Below are positions 63,830 to 64,000 of a stretch of 64,000 bases of DNA, piece after piece (position 1 is the first letter of the stretch; every line of letters starts with the position of its first letter). Origin of the DNA: Mycoplasma sp. CAG:776. Lineage in GTDB: Bacteria; Bacillota_I; Bacilli_A; RF39; UBA660. The translations under genes and the position numbers were made by a program. Location of the stretch: assembly GCA_000438195.1 (NCBI GenBank), contig FR903053.1:5757-69756 (forward strand), in the 5' to 3' direction. Under the pieces are notes generated by a model. It saw only the letters and a list, made by a program, of their open reading frames with translations, was not told the DNA's origin and searched no databases.

Positions 63830-64000
63830 ATGATGAAAAAAGTTTTTTTGGGTTTATTTTTATTTCTATTTCTACCAACATTAGTTAATGCTGCTCAGGT
63901 AAAAGTTACAGATTATTTGGTGGATGCTTATATTTTAGATAATGGGGATGTAGAAGTTCATGAATTAATTGTAGCAGATGGTACCTTTAATTATTTTGAA
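63830..64000 (+). CDS. Signal-peptide protein, probable DUF2207-type LemA partner; 3' end beyond the window
   Basis: MMKKVFLGLFLFLFLPTLVNA signal peptide, then YLVDAYILDNGDVEVHE; position downstream of lemA. Confidence 0.5.
   Translation, partial: MMKKVFLGLFLFLFLPTLVNAAQVKVTDYLVDAYILDNGDVEVHELIVADGTFNYFE

Noticed and set aside
1-64000. CRISPR arrays, rRNA genes, prophage or restriction-modification clusters
   Set aside because: I saw no regularly spaced direct repeats, no rRNA-like conserved stretches, and no integrase, terminase, capsid, methyltransferase or reverse-transcriptase motifs in any listed ORF.

Overview
This is an AT-rich, gene-dense chromosomal segment. Gene content points to a low-GC Gram-positive spore-former of Erysipelotrichia/Clostridia type (inference from cotJB/cotJC, spoIVB, addAB, the fmt-rlmN-stp-prkC-rsgA-rpe cluster, cdaA-cdaR and ltaS). 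TGA is used as a normal stop, so the code is standard. All family calls come from motifs read by eye; no HMM or BLAST search was possible.

Layout:
- 1-16.7 kb is accessory-looking. It holds small membrane proteins, an esterase / condensation-type acyltransferase / zinc-ribbon membrane operon, a frameshifted MazG-like gene, two ABC-2 exporter modules (one coupled to an AbrB-type protein, one embedded in a split two-component system), a MerR-GNAT pair, a decayed IS481-like element and a RibD_C-like reductase.
- tRNA-Gly(GCC) lies at 17.1 kb.
- 17-29 kb holds ltaS, cotJ, a long coiled-coil protein, cdaA-cdaR, obg, an unlisted minus-strand frame broken by one TGA, and a GT2 gene.
- 29.9-35.1 kb is a complete-looking Flp/Tad type IVb pilus locus without a prepilin peptidase.
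- 35.6-40 kb holds a DtxR/MntR-like repressor, feoAB, a TVP38-family gene and rmuC.
- 40-56.5 kb is core: fmt, rlmN, stp, prkC, rsgA, rpe, mutS, nusB, xseAB, proS and spoIVB. Unknown genes occupy the slots where rsmB and folD usually sit.
- The remainder holds an Rpn-like nuclease, tRNA-Asn(GTT), addBA and a lemA/DUF2207-like pair.

No CRISPR array, rRNA or obvious prophage was seen. The most unusual items are:
- the esterase/C-domain/zinc-ribbon operon;
- the Tad locus and its long leader region;
- an exact 23-nt repeat at two terminator-proximal sites 16.4 kb apart;
- a promoter-hairpin-terminator small-RNA candidate;
- a cluster of point-inactivated genes.
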